Positions 10,090-19,937 of a DNA stretch of 64,000 nt are shown piece by piece. Source of the stretch: an uncultured Spirochaetota bacterium (GTDB lineage: Bacteria; Spirochaetota; Spirochaetia; SZUA-6; Fen-1364); the NCBI GenBank assembly GCA_963781885.1, contig CAWAHW010000003.1, positions 128,001 through 192,000 on the forward strand. The letters run 5' to 3'. Below the pieces are notes generated by a model. It saw nothing but the letters and a program-made list of their open reading frames with translations, did no database searches and had not been told where the DNA came from. A program made the translations under genes and the position numbers. The first letter of the stretch is position 1; the number at the start of each line of letters is the position of its first letter.

Positions 10090-11097
10090 ATGGAGAAGAA
10101 TGACCTGATCACAGTGGCCGGTGCGGGCGGGTTCATCGCCGGCTCGCTCGTCCGCTATTTCCACGACAAGGGATTCACCCGGATCCGCGCCGTGGACAAG
10201 AAGCCCCTCACGGAATGGTACCAGCGCACGCCCGGCGTGGAAAGCCTCAGCCTCGACCTGAGCGATCCCGATAATTGCCGGCGCGCCGTGGAGGGTGCCG
10301 CCGAGGTGTACAACCTGGCCGCGGACATGGGGGGCATGGGCTTCATCGAGCGTCACCGCGTGGACTGCCTTCGAAGCGTGCTGATCAACACGCACATGGT
10401 CGAGGCCGCCTGGCGCGCGGGGGCGCAGCGCTACTTCTTCTCATCCTCGGCCTGCGCGTACAACACCGATCTGCAGAAGGACCCGAAGGTACGGGCGCTG
10501 AAGGAGTCCGACGCCTATCCCGCGATGGCGGAGCGGGGTTACGGCTGGGAGAAGCTGATCTCGGAGATGTTCTGCCAGGAGTACACGGCGGAACGGGGCT
10601 TGTCGACGTTCATCGCGCGGTTTCACAACGTCTACGGTCCCAACGGCACGTGGGACGGGGGCCGTGAGAAGGCGCCCGCGGCGTTGTGCCGCAAGGTCAT
10701 CGAGGCCAAGGACGCCGGTGCGAAGGAGATCACGATCTGGGGAGACGGGACGCAGACGCGCAGCTTCATGTATATCGACGACTGCACGAAGGGCATCGAC
10801 CAGATCATGCACTGTGAGAAGCTGCTGGCCACCCCCATCAACCTCGGCTCATCCGAGCTTGTCTCCATCAATGAGCTGGCGACACTGGCGGAGAAGATCG
10901 GGGGCGTGAAGCTCACGCGGCGCTATGATCCCACCGCGCCTCGGGGCGTGGCCGGGCGCAACAGCGACAACACGATGATCCACTCCATCCTGGGCTGGGA
11001 GCCGAACACGCCGCTTTCGGACGGGCTGGCAAAGACCTACCACTGGATCGAGCAGCAGTACCGGGACAAGAAGTCAGGCAAGCGGACAGTGAGCTGA
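10090..11097 (+). CDS. GDP-mannose 3,5-epimerase-like NAD-dependent epimerase
   Basis: GAGGFIA, NLAADMGGMGFI, SSACAY, YGWEK, RFHNVYGP..TWDGGREKAPAALCRK, WGDGTQTRSF. Confidence 0.85.
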   Translation: MEKNDLITVAGAGGFIAGSLVRYFHDKGFTRIRAVDKKPLTEWYQRTPGVESLSLDLSDPDNCRRAVEGAAEVYNLAADMGGMGFIERHRVDCLRSVLINTHMVEAAWRAGAQRYFFSSSACAYNTDLQKDPKVRALKESDAYPAMAERGYGWEKLISEMFCQEYTAERGLSTFIARFHNVYGPNGTWDGGREKAPAALCRKVIEAKDAGAKEITIWGDGTQTRSFMYIDDCTKGIDQIMHCEKLLATPINLGSSELVSINELATLAEKIGGVKLTRRYDPTAPRGVAGRNSDNTMIHSILGWEPNTPLSDGLAKTYHWIEQQYRDKKSGKRTVS

Positions 11098-11102
11098 CCG
11101 GC

Positions 11103-11900
11103 ATGGGGCATGATCTGCGCACGGTCATCGGGCCGATCCCCTATCGCATGGCATTCGCGGGCGGCTGGATCGACCAACCATTCGTCTCCCGGCTGAACCC
11201 GCAGCCGCCGGGCTCCATGGTGACGGTGGCGGTTGAGCCGACATTTCGATGGATGGATCGCTGCGGCATGGCCACCTCCACGCGCACGGTGGCCATGCGC
11301 CACTGGGGCGGGCGGATGCCGGACGGGGACCCCGCCCGTCTGGTTCGGGAGCTGTATGACGCGGAGAATCGGGGCAAGGCCGAGCCGTCCGGATCCCAGG
11401 ACATGGTCGGACTGCTCTATCCCGGCGTGTGCCGGCTTGACTATGACGCATCCGTGGAGGGCGGCGTGTTCCCGAGCGCCGTGGAGAGTTGCTCGTCGCC
11501 CGAGGTGGCGCGGTGGCTGGAGCGGATCATCAAGGTGCTGCCCGTGGCCCCGAGGCCGGCGGGCTACGAGCCGCTGGCGGTCAAGAACCTGGACCCGGCG
11601 TGGATCGCGCGGCTGGGGAGATCGGGACGCTCCTGCTGGGAGGCGATCCTGGCGATGGACGCCGCCGCGCTGGGTGAGTCGATGAACGAGTGCATGCGAT
11701 GCTGGGAAGCGCTGCTGCCCCTCGTGGTACGGCCGCCGGAATCGCCCGTCGACCTGGCAGGGCTCCTGCGCTGCTACCAGGAGCGCTCTCACGGGGCGAT
11801 GTACTCGGGATGCGGCGGGGGCTACCTGTACATCGTGAGTGAGGAGGCGGTCCCGGGCACTTTCGGCGTGCAGGTCCGCACCCGGAGCGCCGGGGGGTGA
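11103..11900 (+). CDS. Atypical GHMP-superfamily sugar kinase
   Basis: PYRMAFAGGWIDQP, GMATST, SGSQD, YSGCGGGY. Confidence 0.7.
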   Translation: MGHDLRTVIGPIPYRMAFAGGWIDQPFVSRLNPQPPGSMVTVAVEPTFRWMDRCGMATSTRTVAMRHWGGRMPDGDPARLVRELYDAENRGKAEPSGSQDMVGLLYPGVCRLDYDASVEGGVFPSAVESCSSPEVARWLERIIKVLPVAPRPAGYEPLAVKNLDPAWIARLGRSGRSCWEAILAMDAAALGESMNECMRCWEALLPLVVRPPESPVDLAGLLRCYQERSHGAMYSGCGGGYLYIVSEEAVPGTFGVQVRTRSAGG

Positions 11901-12721
11901 GCGTGCGCACGGTATTTGTGACGGGGGCATTCGACGACCTGGGAGCCCGCCACGCGCGCCTGCTGCACGAGTGCTCGCGGATCGGCGAGGTCGTGGTCGG
12001 GCTGTGGTCGGATGCGGCGGTATCCGCGGCGTCCGGTACGCCGCCGAAGTTCACGTTTGCCGAACGGCGCTATCTCCTGGAGTCGCTGCGTTTCGTCGCC
12101 CGCGTCATTCCCGTCGAAAACCACCGGCAGCCGGAGCTGTCGCGGGAGGGGGCCGCCGCGCCCGTGGTGGGCTGTGACGTCGGCGCATCTTCCGCGGAAT
12201 CAGTCGCCGCCCGCGCGGCGGCCGGGGCGCTCCACGCCGACCTGCGCACGTTCGGGGACGTGGAGCTGGCGGGGTTTCCGGACATCCCGGTCTCCCCTCC
12301 CGATCCGTCGCGGCGGCGGGTGGTCGTCACCGGATGCTTTGACTGGCTTCATTCCGGGCATGTCCGGTTCTTCGAGGAAGTGGCGGGCCATGGAGAGCTG
12401 TACGTCGTCGTCGGTCATGATGCGAACGTGAGGCTCCTCAAGGGCGAAGGCCATCCTCGATTCTCCCAGGACCACCGCCGCTACATGGCGGGCAGCATCC
12501 GCCACGTCCACCAGGCACTCATCTCCTCGGGATCGGGATGGATGGACGCCGAGCCGGAAATCGCCGCCATCGGCGCGCAGGTCTACGCGGTGAACGAGGA
12601 CGGCGACAAGCCCGAGAAGCGAGAGTTCTGCCGCACGCACGGCCTGGAATACCTTGTGCTCAAACGGGTGCCAGCGGCGGGGCTGCCGCGCCGGTCCAGC
12701 ACCGACTTGCGTGGCTTTTAG
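11897..12721 (+). CDS. Cytidylyltransferase-like (HxGH) nucleotidyltransferase with two tandem domains
   Basis: Degenerate TGAFDDLGARH and intact TGCFDWLHSGH; C-terminal RRSSTDLR; GTGA overlap with the kinase. Confidence 0.8.
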   Translation: MSVRTVFVTGAFDDLGARHARLLHECSRIGEVVVGLWSDAAVSAASGTPPKFTFAERRYLLESLRFVARVIPVENHRQPELSREGAAAPVVGCDVGASSAESVAARAAAGALHADLRTFGDVELAGFPDIPVSPPDPSRRRVVVTGCFDWLHSGHVRFFEEVAGHGELYVVVGHDANVRLLKGEGHPRFSQDHRRYMAGSIRHVHQALISSGSGWMDAEPEIAAIGAQVYAVNEDGDKPEKREFCRTHGLEYLVLKRVPAAGLPRRSSTDLRGF

Positions 12722-12864
12722 CGGCCTCTCCGTGGCGCTCCGGTATCTGCCCGCGCCGGCGCGGGTTCCGCGCGCGAGTGCCGGAAATCGAACGTTTTGT
12801 GACGTATTCTCGATTGTGTTCGCTCCGGGCCCGTGCCTACATGGGCGGTGAGCAGGTCCCCCTC

Positions 12865-14421
12865 ATGCAAGAGATAATTCTCGAGGTCGAAAACGTTTCC
12901 AAGAGCTTTCCCGGCGTGAAAGCGCTTGACCAGGTCTCGTTCGATCTCCACAAGGGCGAGGTCCATGCCCTGGTGGGGGAAAACGGGGCGGGCAAGTCGA
13001 CGCTCATGAAGATACTTTCCGGCGTGCACCAGCCGGACGAAGGTGTCATCCGCTTCAAGGGACGCGAAGTGCGTTTCCACGATTCCACCCAGGCACGGGA
13101 TGCCGGCATCGGGATCATCTACCAGGAGCTCAACCTTATTCCCCACCTGTCGGTGGCTGCCAACATCTTCATCGGCAGGGAGCCGCTCACGCGGCTTTTC
13201 ACCCTGAACGAAAAGAAAATGAATGAAGACGCCGTCGCCATCCTGGGGCGGCTGAATATCCGGATCGACCCGACAATCAAGCTGAATCGGCTCCCGATCT
13301 CCAAGCAGCAGATGGTGGAAATCGCGAAGTCCCTCTCGTTCGATTCGGAAGTGCTCATCATGGATGAGCCGACCAGCGCGCTTACCGAATCGGAGATTGA
13401 CGAGCTGTTCACCGTCATCCATACGCTTCGCGACCGTGGGGTCGCGATCATCTACATCTCCCATCGCCTGGAAGAGCTGAAGCATATCGTGGACCGCATC
13501 TCCATCTTCCGCGACGGTCGCTCCGTCAGCACGGACGTGTACTCCGCGATCACAATGGACACCATCGTCAACCGGATGGTGGGCCGGACCCTGGAGCAGA
13601 AGTTCCCCGCGCGGCACAACGTGCCCACGGAGGAGAAGATCCTCGACGTCAGAGGCATCACGCGCAAGGGCGTCCTGCACGACATCTCCTTCGACCTGTA
13701 CCGCGGCGAGATCCTCGGCTTTGCCGGGCTCATGGGCGCCGGCCGCTCCGAGCTGGCGCGGGCAATCTTCGGCGCAGACCCCATCGACGCGGGAACCGTG
13801 ACGATGAACGGGAAGAAGCTCACGTCGCTCACCCCCTCGGAATCGATCCGGGCGGGAATCGCCTATCTCTCGGAAAACCGCAAGCAGGAAGGGCTCGCGG
13901 TGAGGATGAAGGTGGCGGAGAACGTCTCCATGGCCAACATGGCCGGTGTGACCAGCCGCATGGGTGTGATCTCGCGCCGCCGCGAGCTGCAGGCGTGCCA
14001 GCGGTACGTGGATGAGCTGGCCATCCGCACCCCGAGCCTCATGCAGGTCGTCAACAACCTCTCCGGCGGGAACCAGCAGAAGGTCGTCGTGGCCAAGTGG
14101 CTCTTCTGCGATTCGAAGGTCCTCATCTTCGACGAGCCGACCCGGGGAATCGACGTCGGCACCAAGTTCGCCATTTACGAGCTGATCGAGCGGCTGGCCC
14201 GGGAGGGGGTCGGGGTCATCATGATTTCCTCGGAGCTCCCCGAAATCCTGGGAATGACCGACCGCGTCCTCGTGCTGCACGAGGGCAGCCTTGAAGCCAC
14301 CCTGGTGACGAAGAATACGACACAAGAGGAAATCCTCAACTTTGCGGCGGGTCTGGGCGGGAGGGCCGAAAGGCCTTTGAATGGCCAGTCACGCCCGGCG
14401 GAAGAGAGAACCCAACCATGA
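12865..14421 (+). CDS. Monosaccharide (CUT2) ABC transporter ATP-binding protein
   Basis: GENGAGKST, MDEPTS, LSGGNQQKV, DEPTRGIDVG. Confidence 0.95.
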   Translation: MQEIILEVENVSKSFPGVKALDQVSFDLHKGEVHALVGENGAGKSTLMKILSGVHQPDEGVIRFKGREVRFHDSTQARDAGIGIIYQELNLIPHLSVAANIFIGREPLTRLFTLNEKKMNEDAVAILGRLNIRIDPTIKLNRLPISKQQMVEIAKSLSFDSEVLIMDEPTSALTESEIDELFTVIHTLRDRGVAIIYISHRLEELKHIVDRISIFRDGRSVSTDVYSAITMDTIVNRMVGRTLEQKFPARHNVPTEEKILDVRGITRKGVLHDISFDLYRGEILGFAGLMGAGRSELARAIFGADPIDAGTVTMNGKKLTSLTPSESIRAGIAYLSENRKQEGLAVRMKVAENVSMANMAGVTSRMGVISRRRELQACQRYVDELAIRTPSLMQVVNNLSGGNQQKVVVAKWLFCDSKVLIFDEPTRGIDVGTKFAIYELIERLAREGVGVIMISSELPEILGMTDRVLVLHEGSLEATLVTKNTTQEEILNFAAGLGGRAERPLNGQSRPAEERTQP

Positions 14422-15422
14422 GCGACACCCACGCACCACGCAAAGACCCGAGGGGCCACGACCCGGCCGCTGCTCCCGGACGATCCCGGATGGCGGTGGA
14501 CAGGTTCCTCACGTTCGGCGCGGTGGTCGTGCTGTTCGGCGTGTTTTCAATCACGGCGAAGAACTTTTTCACCATGCGCAACGTCCTGAGTCTCCTCCTG
14601 CAGACCAGCACGACCACTCTCATGGGAATCGGCGTGACATTCACCATCATCACCGCCGGCATCGACCTTTCCATCGGTTCGGTGGTCGCCTTTACCGGCA
14701 CGGTCGCGGTGATGGCCGCCATCGCCGGGGTCCCGATCTGGATCAGCTGGATAATCGGCCTGGTGGTCGGGGCCTTCTGCGGCTTCCTGAACGGTCTCAT
14801 GATCACCGGGCTGAAGCTCCCGCCGTTCATCGCCACCCTGGGCATGACCTTCGTCGTCCGAGGCGTGGCGCTCACGATCACCAACGCCAACGCGTGGCCC
14901 GCGCCGGATGCGTTCGGCGCGCTGGGCAACAACACGCTCTTCCGCACCGGGCCCAAGTTCCCCGGCATTCCCTACCCCGTCATCGTCATGGCAGTTGTTG
15001 CCGTGCTTTTCCATTTCATCCTCCGCAAAATGCGCGTCGGCAGATACACGTACGCGGTCGGTTCGAATGAAGAGGCGGCCCGGCTTTCCGGCATCAAGGT
15101 CGGCCGCATCAAGATCATCAACTACATCATCTGCTCGACACTCGCCGGCCTGGTCGGCGTCATTCTCGCTTCCCGCATGGTCACCTCGCAGCCCAACAGC
15201 GCAAGCGGATACGAGCTGAATGCCATCGCCTCCGCGGTCATCGGCGGCACGAGCCTCATGGGCGGCGTCGGCACGGTGGGGGGAACGGTGATCGGCTCGT
15301 TCATCATCGGCATCATGACGGTGGGGCTCACCATGCAGGGCACGAACTATTTCATGCAGCAGATCGTGATCGGCGTCGTGGTGATCCTGGCCGTGGCCTT
15401 CGATCAGAGACGCAACAAATAG
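14418..15422 (+). CDS. CUT2 ABC transporter permease (RbsC-like)
   Basis: GIDLSIGS, PPFIATLG, GSNEEAARLSGI, YELNAIASAVIGG. Confidence 0.95.
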   Translation: MSDTHAPRKDPRGHDPAAAPGRSRMAVDRFLTFGAVVVLFGVFSITAKNFFTMRNVLSLLLQTSTTTLMGIGVTFTIITAGIDLSIGSVVAFTGTVAVMAAIAGVPIWISWIIGLVVGAFCGFLNGLMITGLKLPPFIATLGMTFVVRGVALTITNANAWPAPDAFGALGNNTLFRTGPKFPGIPYPVIVMAVVAVLFHFILRKMRVGRYTYAVGSNEEAARLSGIKVGRIKIINYIICSTLAGLVGVILASRMVTSQPNSASGYELNAIASAVIGGTSLMGGVGTVGGTVIGSFIIGIMTVGLTMQGTNYFMQQIVIGVVVILAVAFDQRRNK

Positions 15423-15492
15423 GAGTCATTGCGACAGCAATGAGAAATACCGCGACCCGTATGGGCCGCGGAGTTGGTTCAAGGAGGTCGGT

Positions 15493-16453
15493 ATGAAGAA
15501 GCTTCTTTTCATTCTCGTGGCGCTCGCCTTCATCGCCGGATTCGCGTCCGCGCAGGAAATCGCGGTGATCGTGAAAACGGGCAACTCCAGCTACTGGCAG
15601 AACGTCCAGACCGGGTGCTTCGACGCACAGAAAGAGCTGAAGGCAAAAACCCCGAAGCTGTCGGTGACGTTCCTCGGGCCCCAGTCGGAGAGCAACATCG
15701 CGGAAGAAATCAACATCGTCGAGAGCGCGATTGACCGTGGCGTGAAGGCGATCGTCCTTGCGCCGTCGGATGTCACCGCCCTTGTGCCGGCCGTGAAGAA
15801 GGCCAAGGATGCCGGCATCCCGGTCATCGTCATTGACTCGCTGCTGAGCGGTCCCACTTCCAACTACGTCTCCTTCCTCGCCACCGACAACGACGCGGCG
15901 GGAAGGGCGTGCGCGAAGGAAATGATCGACCGGGTGAAGGCAGCCACCGGCAGTGACAGCGGGAACATCGCCGTCATGTCGTATGTCGCCGGCGTTGGCT
16001 CGGAGATTGGCCGCGTGGGCGGCTTCAAGGATTACATCGCGAAGAACTCGCACCTCAAGATCGTGACCACGCAGTACTCCAATGCCGATATGCCGACCGC
16101 GCTCAACCAGACCACCAACGTCCTCGCGGCGAACCCCGACCTCGTGGGAATCTTCGGGGCCAACGAGCCGACGGCCGTCGGCATGGGCCGCGCCATCGCG
16201 CAGGCAGGTCTCGCGGGCAAGATCGTTGCCATCGGGTTCGACGGGAACGCCGCCCTCCAGGGCTTCATCAAGGACGGGACCATTCAGGCAATCGCGGTGC
16301 AGAGCTCTTACAACATGGGGTACCTCGGAGTGAAGTCCGCGTACGACGCCGCTTTCGCCAAGAAGAAGATCCCCGCGACAGTCGATACCGGGTTCATCAT
16401 CGTGACCAAGGACAACATCGACTCCACGGCCGCCAAGAACGTCCTGTACCTAG
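15493..16453 (+). CDS. CUT2 sugar-binding protein; true stop probably TAG 16451-16453, displaced by a 1-base insertion (the given ORF reads on to 16548)
   Basis: Signal peptide, RbsB-like motifs; GTCCTGTAC-C-TAG followed by an atypical tail and a hairpin. Confidence 0.88.
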
Positions 16454-16468
16454 ACCGGGCCATTTTCT

Positions 16469-16504
16469 GCGACCGCCCTTGTTCTCCTTCGCGAGGGCGG
16501 TCGC
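16469..16504 (+). terminator. Stem-loop after the binding-protein gene
   Basis: GCGACCGCCCT...AGGGCGGTCGC, 11-bp stem, followed by TCCTTTCT. Confidence 0.55.
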
Positions 16505-16575
16505 TCCTTTCTCCACCTGGCAGGCAGGCCCGCTTTTGGTTATCCTGAGCGCGGTGAAAGAACGGCGCGTGACAT

Positions 16576-18189
16576 ATGTACAGGTTCCTGATGGTGGACG
16601 ACGAAGAAATCGTCCGCCGCGGCTTCCGACGCAAGATAGACTGGGCCAGCCTCGATTTCGAGTTCCTCGAGCCGTGTGAGAACGGGGAGCAGGCCATCGA
16701 GGCCATCGGGGCACTCCATCCCGATGCCGTCATGACGGATATCGCCATGCCCCACGTGGACGGGCTGGACGTCGCTGCCTGGGCCGCGGAGCACCACCCC
16801 GAAATCGTCATTTTGATTCTCTCGGGGTACGACGAGTTCGAATACGCCCAGAGGGCAATCAAGAGCAACGTCTTCGAATATGTGCTCAAGCCGGTAACCT
16901 CCCGGGATCTCACCGCACTGCTCGAAAGGCTGAAGGTGCGGCTGGATCACCTCCGGCGTTCCCGCGAGGAAACGAAGTCACTCGAGCTGCGGGCGGAAGC
17001 CGCATCGAGCTTTCTGAAGGCGCGGACCCTCCTCGACCTCGTGAGCGGCGCGGCGGACAAGATTCCCGATTCCCGGTTCCAGGAGGTCTTTGGCTTCCCG
17101 CCGCAGGGCCTGGCCGGTGCCGTGGTGATTGCGCAAGATGATCCCGCCGGCGAGGGAGAGCTCGACGTCTCGACCCGACTCCCGGCAGCGGCGGCGGAGG
17201 TAGCCGGCTCGGCCCGCCGCGTGTTCTGCTTTTCTCCCGGTGAAGGGCGGGAGGCCATCCTGATCCTGGAGCAGGATACCCTCTCCTGCGACCGCCTGGC
17301 TTCCGCGATCGCCGCACGGGCGGCGGCCCCCGTCGGCCCGGCGCCGTCCGCGGTTCGCGTTCCGATCGTCGGAATGGGTCGGCCGTACGAATCGTGGCGT
17401 GACGCGGCCCGAAGCTTCGCGGAGGCGGTCGCCGCCCTTTCCTACAGGCTCGTTTCGCCGCCGGGGGGAGTCTTTCGCTACGGGAGGGAGCGGGAGGACG
17501 ACCCGCAGACCCTCGAAGGTCTTGCCGAACAGCGAGAGCGCACCTGCCGCGCCACGGTCGCCGGTGAGACGGTGGAAGCGGAAAACCATTCAGCCGCTTT
17601 CGCGGCGCTGCTGCGGGAGGGCGGCATCTCTGCCCACCGCGTGCGGCACGAGATCGAGGCGCTGTTTGCCGCCGTCCTGGACGCGTTGCGGGACCTTGGC
17701 GTCTCCTCGTCAGCCGTGGCCCAGGACCTCCGGCTGGACCCCGATCTCGCCGTGCAGCGACTGCGCACGTCAGAGGACGTGACGGCGCTCCTCGTGCGGT
17801 TGGCGACCTACGCGGGCTCGATCCTCGATGGGCGCAACCTTCCCGCCCCGGAATGGAAGGTGCGCGACTTCAAGGACTACGTGGCCCGGCACTATGGGGA
17901 GCGGGCGCTCTCGGTGCAGACCATCGCCGCGAGCCTCTCCATCAGCGCGAGCTACCTCTCCAAGCTGATCAAGCGCCACCTGGACCGAAGTGTGGTAGAC
18001 TATCTCATCGACTACCGCATGGAGCGCGCCAAGGAGCTTCTCTCAACCTCCGACCTGATGACGTACGAGATCGCGGAAGCAACGGGCTACCCTGACGCGC
18101 AGTACTTCAGCACCGTGTTCAAGCGGCACATCGGGATCACCCCGACGGAGTTCCGGGCCCGGCGGAGAGGCAAGATCTCGCGCCCATGA
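16576..18189 (+). CDS. YesN-like response regulator (REC + AraC)
   Basis: VDDE, TDIAMP, SGYDEFEYA, YVLKP; C-terminal GYPDAQYFSTVFK. Confidence 0.92.
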   Translation: MYRFLMVDDEEIVRRGFRRKIDWASLDFEFLEPCENGEQAIEAIGALHPDAVMTDIAMPHVDGLDVAAWAAEHHPEIVILILSGYDEFEYAQRAIKSNVFEYVLKPVTSRDLTALLERLKVRLDHLRRSREETKSLELRAEAASSFLKARTLLDLVSGAADKIPDSRFQEVFGFPPQGLAGAVVIAQDDPAGEGELDVSTRLPAAAAEVAGSARRVFCFSPGEGREAILILEQDTLSCDRLASAIAARAAAPVGPAPSAVRVPIVGMGRPYESWRDAARSFAEAVAALSYRLVSPPGGVFRYGREREDDPQTLEGLAEQRERTCRATVAGETVEAENHSAAFAALLREGGISAHRVRHEIEALFAAVLDALRDLGVSSSAVAQDLRLDPDLAVQRLRTSEDVTALLVRLATYAGSILDGRNLPAPEWKVRDFKDYVARHYGERALSVQTIAASLSISASYLSKLIKRHLDRSVVDYLIDYRMERAKELLSTSDLMTYEIAEATGYPDAQYFSTVFKRHIGITPTEFRARRRGKISRP

Positions 18190-19937
18190 AGATCCGCCGC
18201 ATCCAGGACACCCTGATCCGCGCCATCGCCACACTCATCGTGGTCGCCCTGGTCCTGCTTGGGACGCTGTCGTACTACTACCTTCACAAGATCCTCATCC
18301 AGAACGCGGAGGAAGGGACGATGCAGCTGGTGAGCCAGCTGAACCGCATCATCGAGAACTACATCAGCTACATGGACGACATCGCCCTGATGGCCATCAA
18401 CAACACGGACGTGAGGGAGTTCATGTCACGCCCTCGCGCGGATTCTCCCCAGCTGCGCGCGAAGATCGAAGCCACGTTCGAGTCCCTCCGGGCCGTCCGC
18501 CGCGACATCGATTCCGTGTTCGTCATCACCCGGGACGGGCGCGCCATCGCCGCGACCACCGGGCGCGCGTTGAATCCCACGGTGGACCTCCGGCAGCGGT
18601 TCCTGGAGCTGGAGGCCGGGGTCGTTCCGGACCGGCCGTCGGTGTCTTCCGCCCACGTGGAAAACCTCGTGGATTACCGTTATCCCTGGGTGATCTCCCT
18701 GGTTCGCGTCTTGCCGGTCGGACCCGGAGAGCAGAGCCCCGGGCTCATCCAGGTGGACCTCAACTACGACATCATTGCGCGCCTGTGCAAGGACATCCAG
18801 CTGGGCACCTCCGGGTACGTTTTCATCCTGAGCCGCGGCGGAGACATCGTGTATCACCCGCGGCAGCAGCTCATCTACGGGAACCTCAAGTCGGAGCGGA
18901 TCGCGGAAATCATGGCCCTCCATGGCGGGAACCTCAACGCCGTGGTGGACGGCCGGGCGATCCTCTACACCGTTGTGAGCTCGAAGGACACGGGCTGGGA
19001 CGTCGTTGCCGTCTCCTACCTGGACGAGCTGTTCCGCGCCAGCCGGCAGGCGGAGTACGTCTTCCTCATGCTCTCGCTGCTCGTCCTCGTCGGGGCCATC
19101 GCCGCCGCAATGGCGATCTCGTCGAACATCTCCCGGCCGATCGAGAGCCTGCGGCACTCGATGCAGGCCGTGGAGAGCGGCAACTTCGACATCGACATCA
19201 CCGTCAATGCGCGCAACGAAATGTACCAGCTCGCGCGGGATTGCGACATCGCGGTGAAGAAGGTGCGCGACCTCATCGAGCAGAACCGCCGCGAGCAGGA
19301 GATCAAGCGGAAGCTGGAGCTGCGGGCGCTGCAGGCGCAGATCAACCCCCATTTCCTCTACAACACGCTGGACTCGATCATCTGGATGATCGAGCTCGGC
19401 GAAACCGAGCGGGCCATCGACATGACCTCCTCCCTGGCCCGGTTCTTCCGCATCGGAATCAGCCGCGGAGAGGAGACCATCAGCGTCCGCACGGAGATGG
19501 AGTACATGCAGACGTACCTGGAGATCCAGAAGCAGCGCTACAAGGACAAGCTCTCCTATGAGATCGCCTTCTCGCCGGATCTCTACGATTCCCAGATCCT
19601 CAAGCTCCTTCTGCAGCCGCTGGTGGAGAACGCCATTTACCATGGGATCAAGAACATCGCGGGGCCCGGGCTCATCCGGATTGACGGCGTGCGCGACGGG
19701 GAGTCAATGGTGATCCGCATCAGCGACAACGGCGTGGGGATGGCTCCCGATCAGCTCGCGGCGCTCCGCGAGGGGGTGATCGAGCCCCGTCCGACCAACG
19801 GCGTGGGGGTGCGCAACGTGCAGGAACGCATTCACGTCTACTTCGGGCTGGAGTACGGCGTGAGCTTCGAGAGCACGCCCGGGGCCGGTACGGTGGCAAC
19901 GGTCCGCATCCCGGTGAGCGCGGGGAGCGCAACGTGA
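18186..19937 (+). CDS. YesM-like sensor histidine kinase (dCache, HAMP)
   Basis: LQAQINPHFLYNTL, LQPLVENAIYHG, DNGVG. Confidence 0.93.
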   Translation: MKIRRIQDTLIRAIATLIVVALVLLGTLSYYYLHKILIQNAEEGTMQLVSQLNRIIENYISYMDDIALMAINNTDVREFMSRPRADSPQLRAKIEATFESLRAVRRDIDSVFVITRDGRAIAATTGRALNPTVDLRQRFLELEAGVVPDRPSVSSAHVENLVDYRYPWVISLVRVLPVGPGEQSPGLIQVDLNYDIIARLCKDIQLGTSGYVFILSRGGDIVYHPRQQLIYGNLKSERIAEIMALHGGNLNAVVDGRAILYTVVSSKDTGWDVVAVSYLDELFRASRQAEYVFLMLSLLVLVGAIAAAMAISSNISRPIESLRHSMQAVESGNFDIDITVNARNEMYQLARDCDIAVKKVRDLIEQNRREQEIKRKLELRALQAQINPHFLYNTLDSIIWMIELGETERAIDMTSSLARFFRIGISRGEETISVRTEMEYMQTYLEIQKQRYKDKLSYEIAFSPDLYDSQILKLLLQPLVENAIYHGIKNIAGPGLIRIDGVRDGESMVIRISDNGVGMAPDQLAALREGVIEPRPTNGVGVRNVQERIHVYFGLEYGVSFESTPGAGTVATVRIPVSAGSAT

